DNA from: Craspedostauros australis
Taxonomy: Eukaryota
Assembly (NCBI GenBank): GCA_030167865.1
Contig: JALAGF010004837.1
Span: forward strand, 124,001-188,000
DNA: 64,000 nucleotides
Direction: 5' to 3'
Numbering within the stretch: the stretch's first letter is position 1; each line of letters begins with the position of its first letter. Below are positions 32,146 to 43,609 of this stretch, one piece after another. A model generated the notes under the pieces. The model saw only the letters and a program-made list of their open reading frames with translations. It did not search any database and was not told the origin of the DNA. The translations under genes were made by a program, and so were the position numbers.

Positions 32146-33222
32146 ATGAGCGAGCAGGAACAGCACGAGGCACCCAAGCTGCAGCGACGCGACACGGATC
32201 TCGTCGCCGAGCAGGCTGGTCTGCCCCTTTCCATCGCGGAACCGACGCTGGTCACGTACAGATCGATCGGAATTGGCATGTTCGGAGTGGTTATGCGATT
32301 TGCTGGCATGCCGTTGGAGAAAATCGCCCTCTTCATGAACTCTTCGCAGGTTTCAGGCTCCGGACAGCTCCAGCAGGCCGCGAGGCTTACCTTCAAGGAT
32401 GGCATGTTGGCTCCGTACCGTGTCGTCGGGCCGGCATCCATCACCGCCTGGTTCTTCCAGTACAGCGTCATGGGCCTTGCATTCCAATTCTTCGATCACG
32501 GTCTCAGCAACCTCCTCGGCGTCAAGCCCGTGTACTACGGCAACGAGCTCATGCTACCGCGGTTGGAGGATGAGACGAGTGCTACCGACAACATCAAGTA
32601 CGGATTCAAGACCCTCGTCTCGCCGATCTTTTCAGCCGCAATCGAGACCAAGGTCTCCAACCGAGCCGAGGTGCAGCGCTTCTTCGGACTGGAGAAATTC
32701 GCCAGTATCGAGAAGTCCATGAACGCCAGGTCCCTGTCCAGGGTGGCTGGTCCGGCATTCGCGCCGGGCATGATGCGCAACTTCATCATGTGTCAAACCA
32801 CCTTCATCATCACGCCCATCACCTACAAGCTCTACTTCCCGCAGGAACGAAAGAGCAACCGCTCACTCTTCTGGTTCGGCCTCGGCATGAACATCTTCGT
32901 CGGCAACGTCGCTGCCATCACCCAACAGTCCTTGTGGGGACGTTCCTTGGACTACCTTGGCACTCACGGTAAGATCGAGTACAAGAAGATCATCAGCGAA
33001 AGCTACAAGCGCGATGGCGCGAAGGCCTTCTTCACAGGTCCCAAATGGTTCTCGCGAGTCCTCATGAATGCACCAGCACAGGGAGTCCTGCCTTGGTTCT
33101 ACAACGAAGTCCTTCCCATCGGGGAGCCTGCCGTCATGAACGTCGTCAAACAAATTTACGAAATGAGATTCAAAGACATCCGTCGAAATGCGACGGCAGA
33201 CACAAAGTCGCCCACATCGTAG
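32146..33222 (+). CDS. Divergent mitochondrial-carrier (SLC25)-like membrane protein
   Basis: 358 aa with strong codon bias and about six hydrophobic segments in three repeats. PLEKIA resembles Px[DE]xx[KR], and EG..AFF.G...R.L..AP-like DGAKAFFTGPKWFSRVLMNAP is present. The gene is well supported; the family call is tentative. Confidence 0.55.
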   Translation: MSEQEQHEAPKLQRRDTDLVAEQAGLPLSIAEPTLVTYRSIGIGMFGVVMRFAGMPLEKIALFMNSSQVSGSGQLQQAARLTFKDGMLAPYRVVGPASITAWFFQYSVMGLAFQFFDHGLSNLLGVKPVYYGNELMLPRLEDETSATDNIKYGFKTLVSPIFSAAIETKVSNRAEVQRFFGLEKFASIEKSMNARSLSRVAGPAFAPGMMRNFIMCQTTFIITPITYKLYFPQERKSNRSLFWFGLGMNIFVGNVAAITQQSLWGRSLDYLGTHGKIEYKKIISESYKRDGAKAFFTGPKWFSRVLMNAPAQGVLPWFYNEVLPIGEPAVMNVVKQIYEMRFKDIRRNATADTKSPTS

Positions 33223-33742
33223 GCACCGTTGGCATTCACGCAATGACACATACATACTCGGACTGAATCGTACTTGACCATACAGGACTGCACCGTACAA
33301 TGCATGCGCACGCGTGTAGCAGAGGCACACAGGAAGCATCGCCTGTTTTGCGGAAATGAGACGGAACTGGACCCTGTTGAATCACAAGAGCATCCTTTTT
33401 TTAATTTTGCACATGAAATGCACGACGAAACGTCAGAGTCACGCTTTGTTTTATTAGTAGGCACTCGTACGACCCACATACCACCAGACACTCATACTCG
33501 TACTCTGCACAGACATGGATTGTGGAGGTGCCCATCTCCATTTCCGCTAGACGGGATGGTACGAGTACGTGTTCAGTACTCTCATAGTCGTAGAACAACC
33601 CTGCTTCGCTCGTAATTGCATCACAGTCGATTGGTGGCGTTGGTTCGCGGCAGTTGAGAGTGGCATCCTGCTACCATCATACTCGAAGAGGACTGCCATG
33701 AAGTAGAGTACGTAAGTCGTATCCAGTCTCCTACTCGTACAA

Positions 33743-36700
33743 CTATGCAAAGTACACATGAGAAAGCCCAACAATGCATTCCTTTCCGCAGTTGCGAATA
33801 CGAATGGCAACTTCGACGTCGATTTCCTTGTTCGTGAAGTTGGGATCATTGAGGATAACGAGTGCCTCCAAGACCCCTTGGAGATTCTTCTTCTTCTCCA
33901 TGTATTCGGCTTTCTTCATCGTCGTGATCTTGCCGTTGATGGCGTAATCGAACTCAAAATTGTCCGGGACGTCACGTGGGGTGTACTTCCAGCCCAGCGA
34001 CCTATGATCGCTGTCAGTGTACTCCGCACCAGCCGGTGAAATCTCGCTTTCATAGAGCATCTCGTCAACCTCGGTAGGATTCTCGCGGAGGTTTCGTGCC
34101 TGCACGTTGTTCACAGATGTCCAGTCTTTCGTCATGATGTGTTCTTTTGGGTCATGCCACGAATTGAGCTTGAGAATGATGATGCCTTCCTTGACCTTGG
34201 GCACCGTGAGGACCAGCCATCCGGAAAACGCATTGCCAACTATATCCCCGTGACTGCAAAACCATTGTACGAGTATGATGCACATGTTCCGATAAGGTTG
34301 CGGCCGGAGCGTTTGTAGGTTGTGTACCCATACGTAAATGCAACACCAACACTCAATATCACATGATGTACCGCGTGCGGATGCATTGACGCACAATACA
34401 CGTGCAGTTTCCACAAAGGAGGTTCAAACATCGTCATTATCCGTGGACAATTGGGAATAAGTACCAGTTGAGGATATCGAAACAGGGTGAGTTGACACGA
34501 ATAAAGTCGAAGATGGCAAGTTGAGATCCTCCCTCCAGGAACAGCTGAGGGGGTTGCGGGCATGATGATGGCTGCGCATCTCTTCTTCTGCAACTCCAGC
34601 AATCAAACACTGCAGTGAGCGGTCTGGCAATACTACGCTCGGATGGTGGAGTTCTTGTCGAAAGGTCATGCAATACATTGCATTGCACCAACTGAAGGTA
34701 CGTCGTGTGATCACGTTCCACGTTTCACATTTCATATTCCACTTACGCATCATGGTGACCATACAAGGCGCAAGCAGCACTTGCTTCCAAGGCGCAAGTT
34801 GACTCGTAGGATCCGTCGCAATACCCTGCTGGTTCGCCCAGCACCTCCCAACCTTTGCCTGGTTTGATCTCCTCAAGTTGACGGTGGCTACTGGTGGTGA
34901 TCTCAGCTTGCTCGACCTCTTCCTCCTCCTTGTCCTCTTCCTTTGCGGATGCGGTTGAATCATGTTTGCTTTCGCTCTGGCTTCTGCCGGTTTGATGAGC
35001 TGGGTTGAGGATTTCCCTGGGTGTGATATCATGTTGAGCGAACGGGTCTTGTTCGAGGTGACGACGACGACGGCCAGACACAACGCCATGGACATCAACC
35101 TGATTCTCCTGGATGTCGAAGCATTTGTTGTGTGCATCGGGTCCTTCGTACAGAAGCTTCTTGTCATTGGTTGGTTTGTAACCATTGTCTGCTGGTTTGA
35201 CGATGGACGACAAGCTCGTCACTTCGGGATTGGCTCGGGGCGTGTACTGTGTGCGTCCACGCATGGGAGTCCAACAAATTCGTTTTGGCAGGCGATTTGC
35301 GAGCTTGTTGCATTCGCCCTTGTCAGTGTTCTTACCCAGGTCAATCACCTTCTTTCTGATGTTGTTGTAGTACTTGGTGACATGCCACTTCTCGTCAGCC
35401 AGCGGCGGGCCGCCCATGGTGCCTTCGCTCCATTGGTTGACTGCTTCTGACAATGCCTGGAGAACAGAGAATGCCAATGCGCGTCCCTTCAGCTGGTGAA
35501 CTCTCCATCCGGGGTGCCACTTGACTTGGCCCTTGGGTTGGGGCATCTGGTTGGCCTCTGGTTTGATGCCATCGTCTCGATCAATCCAGCACGTGGCGCA
35601 AAACCTGGGCTCATCCTGACAAAGCTCGCGCGCATCGCTGCTGCACTTCAAGTATCGAGCTGCCCACGGGACACTCTTGGCCTGCTCCTTGCTTGTCACA
35701 GCTGCGATACCATCGTAGCCCCAACCGAAGTCTCCGACGTCGACGTCCGCCTCTTCGTGCAAGTTGCGGAGGAGAGAGAATTCGCCTCCCCACACGACTG
35801 GTACCTTCTTCCCGCTGATGAGAGCCTGTCGCAGGAAGAGATCGATGAAGTCGACTTGCGAGCCCTCGGTCATGCCTGCCACAAGCAAAAACAAAGCAAA
35901 CAGCACAGCGATCGATACATATCCGAACGGGTACGTATGGTATGAGTATGCAAGGACGATGGGATCGAAAAACGGGTACGTCAGCATGTATCAGTATGCA
36001 TGTCTGTTACGTGTGCGTTGGGGTTTATCAGCGCGCACGAACAGGTTGTAGTCGAGTGCTCCAGAGAGATGCAGTAGGGGCGACTGAATTGGCTGTGAAA
36101 CTGGCAATCGCGGACACAAAAGACGATCAGCAGCGTCTGTAGGTGGGACATGGGCATGTGCATCGTAGACGTTTCAGCTCATGCCGTACCCCCACTGCAA
36201 ACAGCACCAACGCGGCACAAATGCTGCAGCTTGGCGCTCTCCGATCTATGGAGACAAGTGTACGAAGATGGGTGGATGAATGAGGAAAGAATGAATGAAC
36301 AATGACGTACCTGTATCCCAAAGCAAGAGGTCGCAGTCTCCGTAGATTGATAAGGAGCCCAGGGACGAGTGGCCAGTTCCCATGCCTCCCTGCGCCATGT
36401 TCCTGGTCACGAGCTTCACACCGAGGCGGTTGAAAACTGGGGACATGACCTTGTGGAACTGCATCATGTAGCTTTGGTGGAAGTGATTACTGTGCGGGCA
36501 AGTGTTGTGCAATGGTACGAGCAGGTGTAATGGTAGATGATATGTGTGGGTAGAGCGAGTAGAAGAAAGAGAGAGAGAGAGAGAGAGAGGATTGGGTTAA
36601 TGGTGAGCAGAGTAATGCAGTTGCATGGCACGTTTCAATTGGGATTGAAGCAGTGTAGAGTACTCGTGGGGTGCTCTCTTGCAGTTTTGGAAGAGGACCA

Positions 36701-37742
36701 CAGACAAGAGGCGGTCATCAAACTTGTGAAAGCGGAGAAAACAACGACAACAGGAATTGTGGCTTGCGCATTCATGCCTGCATGGCATGCCTGCATGCAG
36801 GTGGCAGTCCATGAAATGCTATTGCAATCGATATGAGTATCCAACTCACCCTTGGCCTGCCGCTGCTGAATGACCGCCGAGCACCACGACGAACTCATCC
36901 TGTGTCATCATGGCATGGAGCAAGCGTCTCACGAGTCCTTCGAAACTCCGGTGGGTCGTCCATCCTCCGTTTCCTCGGCTGCCTCCTCGCCCGTATCCCG
37001 GCGGCGTGTTCGTCTGCGTCGCCATGTCAATCTTGTCCCAGCGGAACATTTTGGAACGCGCGGCGAGTCGGTCGTCCGGTAGCGGCTTGCCGTGGCCGTA
37101 CTCTGTGTAGATGGCCTCCATGGCCCTTGTGACGAGCTGCTCGGCATCGTTAAGGTAGTGGTTGACGAAGACGGCGTCGGCCTGCCAGGCAGTTTCGGGG
37201 AACTTTTCGGCGGGGACGTCGCGGTTTGCAAACTTGGCAGCAAAGTCCTCCTTGGGTCTGGTGTCCTCCTCGCCGTCCCAGAAGTGCCAGTGGCCCCACT
37301 TGGCTGACAACGCCGTCCTTTGCTTATCATTCAGCTCCGCGGTGTACTTCAATGGAGTGACCTTGGCGTAGCTGCTGTACACCAGGCCCGTGCTGCCTGC
37401 GGCGTCCATGCGTCTGGTGTTCGATGCCGAGGCTTGGTCGACGCTTTTGTTGGAGCCCACGTCTACGAGGCCTGAAGTGTCCGCACCGGCGATGTGATTG
37501 CTCTGGTCACCGCCAACGGCCGCAGTGGACCCATCCTTGGTGAACAGGGCGACCGCCGCAACCATGACCAACGCCAGGCCGGCGACGGCGATCACGTTGG
37601 TCATGAAGCTCCGCGTGCTGGCGATGCCGGAAAGGCACGACTCATCGTCCTTGGGATTTGTCAGTTTGGCCCTTGCCTGCTGCAGCTTCTTCCTGCTGCC
37701 GCCGACGAGGCTCTCGACCTCCTCCATCTCGAGCGCGTGCAT
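33743..37742 (-). CDS. Type II membrane protein with SGNH/GDSL-like luminal domain, 4 exons
   Basis: Exons 37742-36850, 36489-36311, 35875-34747 and 34253-33743, all GT-AG and frame-consistent. One N-terminal TM helix (VIAVAGLALVMVAAVALF). VVLGGHSAAAG (block I-like), NMAQGG, DLLLWD and WHPGWRVH. Confidence 0.7.
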
Positions 37743-38579
37743 TGTGGCAGTCTTGCAGTGTCGCAGCGATGGACTGTGTCGATGTTGTGGTGTTGTCGTT
37801 CCTTCAATTCTTCGATGCAGCACCGACGTCGATCAGCGCTCTTTCTTCGGTTGATTCCTGTTTGTGGGAGTCAACAGAACAGATCCAAGTCAGAACATGA
37901 CAACTTCGTTCTGTGATGCGCGCCGCTGATCCCTCTATCGCGGTCATGTCATTGCCATCGTCGTGGCCTTTTCTCTCTTGTTACCACGTCTCCCACCACT
38001 TTCTCACGCCTCCGTTCTGGTCATCAACGGTCATTGTTGTCGTGTTTGCTGCGAGTCCTGGGAATACTTGGGTCGTGTTATTCTTGAACGCTCCATCGAG
38101 TCGGCCAGTTCTCGAGCGTTCGACCGAGTCGAAGAGTCATCGAAAGAAAGAGTTCCGATCGCGAAACGTTCGGATTGGATGAACAGATGCAGCAGAGATG
38201 CGGAGAGATCCGCGCAGGCTCTTCCTGTGCAGATCGTCGTATCCCAGAGGTTCAACAAGAGGATTCACCGAAGGGCAGAACATCACGCCAGGACGCTCTG
38301 GCGGAACAGAGCATTGTTCTGTGGAGATTCGGGTTGTCGATGGTGGTCGTGTGAGAAAGCTATGCTCTGCTCAGTTCCTGCAGAGATCCTGCCAGACTGG
38401 GTGTGCGAGCTTGGTGCTACATACAGAATTGCTAAGTTTACAGTGTCTATGTAGCGCTATTGTGAAGCGCGGGTGGGTTTGGCGTACCATCCATGGTGTA
38501 TGATACATGCAATGGAGTCAAGCACTCTGCATTGCTCTGGTGGAAGAACTATCCAACACTTTGGTGGGAGCGATCTTCT

Positions 38580-39683
38580 CTAGTTGTTGTCACTGCTGTT
38601 GACGGCACCTGGCCTGCTCATGGAGAAGAGGAAGTCGTGCATGAAGCCATCAGCCCACTCCGCGCCGAACATGGCGGTGAAGAGACCAGCGGCTGGGTCA
38701 CGCTCTGCCGAGTACACATCGTAGGCTTCCTGGCGTTGCATCACCTTCGCGCTGTTATCGTAGTCCGGTTCCAGCGACTTCACCAGATCCAGGTGGGTCT
38801 CCACGTAGCTCTGGAAGGCTGGGAACAGGTCACGACCCACGACTTCCTCCTCTTCGAATCTGGCGAACAGCATCTGCTGCGAGAAGAACTTGGTTTCGTC
38901 GTAGAACTTGGCGCTCATCTTGCCCTGCAGGGACTCGTAGCTGTTCTTGATGGGCTCCAGCATGTGTTCGTACGTGACGGCGTGGTCCGCCTCGTCGTCA
39001 TGGATGGGCTGGAAGTCGACGATTGCGAGGTACTTCTTGCGGTTGAAGGCGAGGAGGTCGATGCCCAGAACCGGCAGGTTGTACTCGGGTCGTGGGTAGA
39101 AGACGGAGTTGAACACCTGCGTGTTGTCGCCGGCGTCGTAGTAGGTCAGGCGGATCTTGCGGTACTCGTCGGAGGAGAAGCACAGGTTGACGATGCGCGC
39201 GTTCTTCTTCTTGTTGGCATTGTGGGAGAAGTCCATGTCGTCATTCTCACAGGCCTCGACCTTGATGTTGCTGAGGTTGTTCTCCATGAAGTCCATCTGC
39301 CACTCCCAGAATGGCATGTACAGGAGCTCATCGTTTCCGAGGCTCTCGTCAATCGAGCTCTTCCACGGCATTCCGTGCTGGGCTTCGGCATCTCGCATGG
39401 AGACGAAGTCTGCGGCTGGAGATGCGAGGATCTCATCGAACTTGCTCGCAGCGGCTTCGGCCATGGACTTCAGCACATCCTCGTGCGTGTCTTTTTGCTC
39501 CTGCTCCTGGTGCATGCCGTTGGTTGGAATGGGCGTGGTTGATGGCAGCGGCGGTGCGCTGGACATGGCGGAGACATCGAGCTTGTTCTTTCCTCTCTTG
39601 ATGAAGGGCTTGCCGTTGCCGTTGTTGTTTGGCACGTAGGCCTCAACGAGCGGGAGCAGGAGGAGCAGGTGCTGTGGCTTCAT
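38580..39683 (-). CDS. pebA: Ferredoxin-dependent bilin reductase, PebA-like (15,16-dihydrobiliverdin:ferredoxin oxidoreductase), plastid-targeted
   Basis: RKIRLTYYDAGDNTQVFNSVFYP..YNLPVLGIDLLAF...AIVDFQP, FYDETKFFS and YDVYSAERDPAAGLF..FGAEWAD.FMHDFLF. Signal peptide MKPQHLLLLLPLVEA-YVP. Confidence 0.88.
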   Translation of the reverse strand: MKPQHLLLLLPLVEAYVPNNNGNGKPFIKRGKNKLDVSAMSSAPPLPSTTPIPTNGMHQEQEQKDTHEDVLKSMAEAAASKFDEILASPAADFVSMRDAEAQHGMPWKSSIDESLGNDELLYMPFWEWQMDFMENNLSNIKVEACENDDMDFSHNANKKKNARIVNLCFSSDEYRKIRLTYYDAGDNTQVFNSVFYPRPEYNLPVLGIDLLAFNRKKYLAIVDFQPIHDDEADHAVTYEHMLEPIKNSYESLQGKMSAKFYDETKFFSQQMLFARFEEEEVVGRDLFPAFQSYVETHLDLVKSLEPDYDNSAKVMQRQEAYDVYSAERDPAAGLFTAMFGAEWADGFMHDFLFSMSRPGAVNSSDNN

Positions 39684-40957
39684 GGTGGAAGTGTGGCTCG
39701 AACGTCTTGATGTTGTGCTTTGGTTGTTTCTTTGGTTGGTGTTGTGGATTCCTGAGGCACGCAACGTTTCAAACAAGCGATAAGTCAGGCAGTTCAATTC
39801 ACACGAATCTAGGTTTTGTGGTCGTGCTTGTTGGCGTTGTTGTCGTGATGACGTTTGCGTTTGCGTTCGCTTGCGTTGCTGTGCTTTCGTCTGTGTGTCC
39901 GTTTTATGGTTGTCTCTGTGTCTTCCTCCTTCTGTACTTTGTTTTATGAATGTCTGGGTTTGCGGAGGTTGTTGCGGCTTTTGCTTTCTTTCAGTGATGT
40001 TGTTGCTGTTGCTGTTGCTGTTGTTGGTCTCGTCTTACGGGTGGAGCACACGTTTTGATTTTGTGATGGCTGTTGGCTCCGAGAGGCTTTCCTGTTCACT
40101 GTCGTGTCGTGGCAGACTCCGGACAACAATCGATACCTGTTTGCGTCCCTTCCTGTGCTACCTTCTCTGTGCGCCTTTTCTGCATCCGATAAATCCTTCC
40201 TCTTTTGCGCGCGGACTTGTAGTCGGCCTTTTGGCTCCGTTTGTTCGTGCTGGTTCAACATTTGGTTTTTCCTGCTGTTGATGTTTCGGCGCAACTTGAA
40301 TCCAACCGGTGGCGATGCCCGATGGTCACAGAAGAGAAACCAGTGTGCATGCGATCCAGTACCAATCGCACGTGGGTTTCTACAGGCGATCTTGACTCTT
40401 CAACTTCCAGCAGATTCGCAATCGTCTGAGTCTACTCAGTCAGACGAATCGTTCTTGTGCTTCTATTTGCAGTTGGCGGACAGTCTGAATCGATGCTTCG
40501 TAATAGTTCCTCCGAAGATATCCGCCGAATTCAGTTTAGTTCCGACCTGTCGCAAAACCCCTTCCCGCAGCTTTTTGATCATTCTCTTCTTCCTCTGCAT
40601 CGTGTGGTTGTCTGTGCAGGTAGTTGTCGAGCATCAACGTCAACAATTGCAAACTGCAAGATACTGCTAGCTTGTCGATCGATCGTCAGTGCATGCCAGG
40701 CAGTCTCTTTCGTTCGTTCGAGAGAGAGAGAGAGTACGGCCTATGGCACCTCGTCAACAGATACCGTTTGGTTCATTGAAAACGCAATGCCAGTTGCGCC
40801 ACCATACATACATACATGCTCGTACTCTGCACTGGCAACGCATGTGTTGGTATCTGTGGCATCGTACGATAAGTTCATTCATTTGCATACCGCACTGTGG
40901 TTATGCTGGAGCGTGCATCGACCGTGCTGGTGCTCTACCTAGATAATCTTTGGATGC

Positions 40958-42499
40958 TTAGATGGCGTACAGAACCTTGCCCTTGCTCTTTCCAGCCTCG
41001 AGGTACTTGTGGCCTTCGGCTGCCTCGTCGAGGGTGAAGGTGGTGTCGACGCTGACGCTGAGCTTGCCCTCGTTGAGCCAGCTGAAGATCTCGCCCGAAC
41101 GCCACGTGAGCTCCTCTCTGTCGACGGTGTAATCCAGCAGTTTTGGTCGTGTGACGTACGCGGACTTGCCGATGAGGCGGAGGACTGGGAAGGCCGGGAC
41201 GGCACCCGACGCATTTCCGAAACTGACAAAGATACCTCTGCGTCCAAGGGAGTTGATGGAGATGTCGACGGTGCTCTTTCCGATTCCGTCAATGACGCAC
41301 TTGACTCCCTCTCCGCCGGTGATCTCATTGACCTTGGCGACGACGTCGACAGATTCGTAGTCCTCGAAGGAGGCTCCCTCGACCTCGTCGAGGACGATGA
41401 GCTCATCGCATCCGAGGGATGAGGCGACATCGGCCTTGCCCTTCGAGACGGTTCCGATGACCTTGTAGCCGCGGATCTTGGCCATCTGGGCGGCCCACTG
41501 GCACGTGCCGCCGCCGACACCATGGATGAGGCACCATTCGCCCTCCTTGATCAAGTCAGCGTGGGCGGAAGAAGTCAGGTAATGCGCTGTCATTCCCTGC
41601 ACGACGCAGGAGGTGGCAACGTCCAGTCCCACACCATCTGGGACTGGCAGGATCTTACCGGTTGGGACCGCAGTGTACTCGGCGTACGAGCCGAAGACGG
41701 AGTACGCGACGCGGTCGCCGACCTTGAGGCCCTGTGCGGCAGCCTCGTCGGAGACGGCTGCGATGGTGCCGCCACCCTCCTGCCCGCCGACGAATGGCAG
41801 ATCGCGGGCGTACAATCCCTTGCGATGGTAGGTGTCGATGAAGTTGATTCCTGCGAATTCGTTCTTCACGATGACCTGTCCCTCCTTGAGGGCTGGGGTG
41901 GGGAAGTCCTCCTCAACCTTGAGGGCATCAGCATCGCCAACCTCGCGGACGACGGCAGCCTGTTGATTCGAACAGAGTACAGTGGTTGGAGAGATCACGC
42001 GATTACGTAGGCATGGTTTTCGTTGTATGGATGGAATTACGTATCATGCAAGTTGCGTTGGCCAATTTTGAAGTCGGGGCACGAGTAGAGCGAAGAGAGA
42101 CAGCGAGAGGGAATGGCAGGGCGAAGTGAGATGAGGAACGATGCAAAAGGTGGGAATTTACACGAAGTCCAACAATGGCCACCGCAGAAAGAAAAACAGA
42201 AAACCGCGAAGCAGAAGAGGAAGATCCTCGTCATGCCGTGCGTGGTCTGGCGGTGACTTGAATGGGACAGACCCACTCAACAGAGCTGGATTATCAGGAA
42301 TTCAGAAAGTGGAGACGTTCTCATACCGCTGACACGCTGAAGCGAACCTGATGTGGTGCTCCACGATGGCTCGAGACACCATGGGGATTTTGGACGGACT
42401 CACCTTCATGGTATCAGGGAGAGCGGAGAAGAATCGAGCGGCTCCATGGCTCTTGGCGATGGATGCGGTGAAGCGGCGGGAGGTGGTTGCGAAGAACAT
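40958..42499 (-). CDS. qor: NADPH:quinone oxidoreductase (zeta-crystallin/Qor, MDR family), mitochondrial presequence, 2 exons
   Basis: Exons 42499-42404 (MFFATTSRRF...DTMK) and 41959-40958. Motifs GINFIDTYHRKGLY, GQEGGG, QGMTAHYL, DGIGKST, SFGNASG and GKVL. Confidence 0.9.
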
Positions 42500-43609
42500 G
42501 GTGAATGAATTCAAAGGGACTCGATGCGATGCGATGCAATAGGATCAGTCGTCTTGTGATGTGACCTGCAATTGTTGCTGTTGTCGCTGTTGTGTGGTTT
42601 CTCGGGATCCAACTTTGGGATCGTTGTTGATGTTTGTCATGTTGATGCGTGTTGCATGTTGCGAGGAGCGTTGTTGTTTTTTCCTTCTGTTTGCGTGGTT
42701 GTGCCTGTGTTTCGAGTTGGTGACAAGATGCGCCTTTGACGTCACTGTGGAGTCCATCACAGTCGCACAAGTCGTGGCGTCTTCCGAGTCACGAATGTGT
42801 TTCTGCCTGAAGGGCAGACTGTAGGAGGACACGGTCGCGACACATGTACGGTCGACATCAACGGAAAAGAGTATTGACCGCTTATTATACGGTCATCTCG
42901 AAATGACACGAAGAAACCAGCGACTCGTTCGATCTGATGATGATGACGCTGTATTGGGCGAACAATGAGAATTCGCTGATAAAAAGGATTGGATTTCCAA
43001 AAACGCTTCAGGACATACGTTTGGAGACGTACCCCAAGTGACAGGACGGAATGAGATTTGGATGCGATGACGACGGGCGACGTCAAAACACATCATCGAA
43101 GAAGCCGGACTGATGCAAGAGTTGAAGATCGGGATCACCGCTTCATAACAATGTAAAGCCTTTGATTGTGAAAGGTTGCACCATCCTGCTCGTGTGCGGA
43201 GCAGCTGCTGTGTGCAAAAGTAGAACACAATCGGCAGAGACATGCATCTGCACCAAGCAGTACAGGCACCCTAACACCAATCAGTATCATACGCAAAAGG
43301 CTGTGTGGTGTTCCAATCGAAACTGCTGTTGATCTCGGAAAACGTGTCTCTCTTGGAGAAAGACATCACCTTCTGCCCCACTCTCTTTGGCTTTGGTTGG
43401 TTTGCCACAACGCGCGCTTCCCATCGGCATCCACCATCATCGTCGTCATCACCAACACCACACGCACACCAGCCACTTTCATCGAGTTATCGAGCGGTCG
43501 GACGAGCAGAGTGGAGTCGAGCAGAGTCGAATACCCGTATTCAATCGCAAAAGTTGACACCCCGACACAACTTTCCACAAAACAACAGCAAACAAAGAAG
43601 CAGACGACA

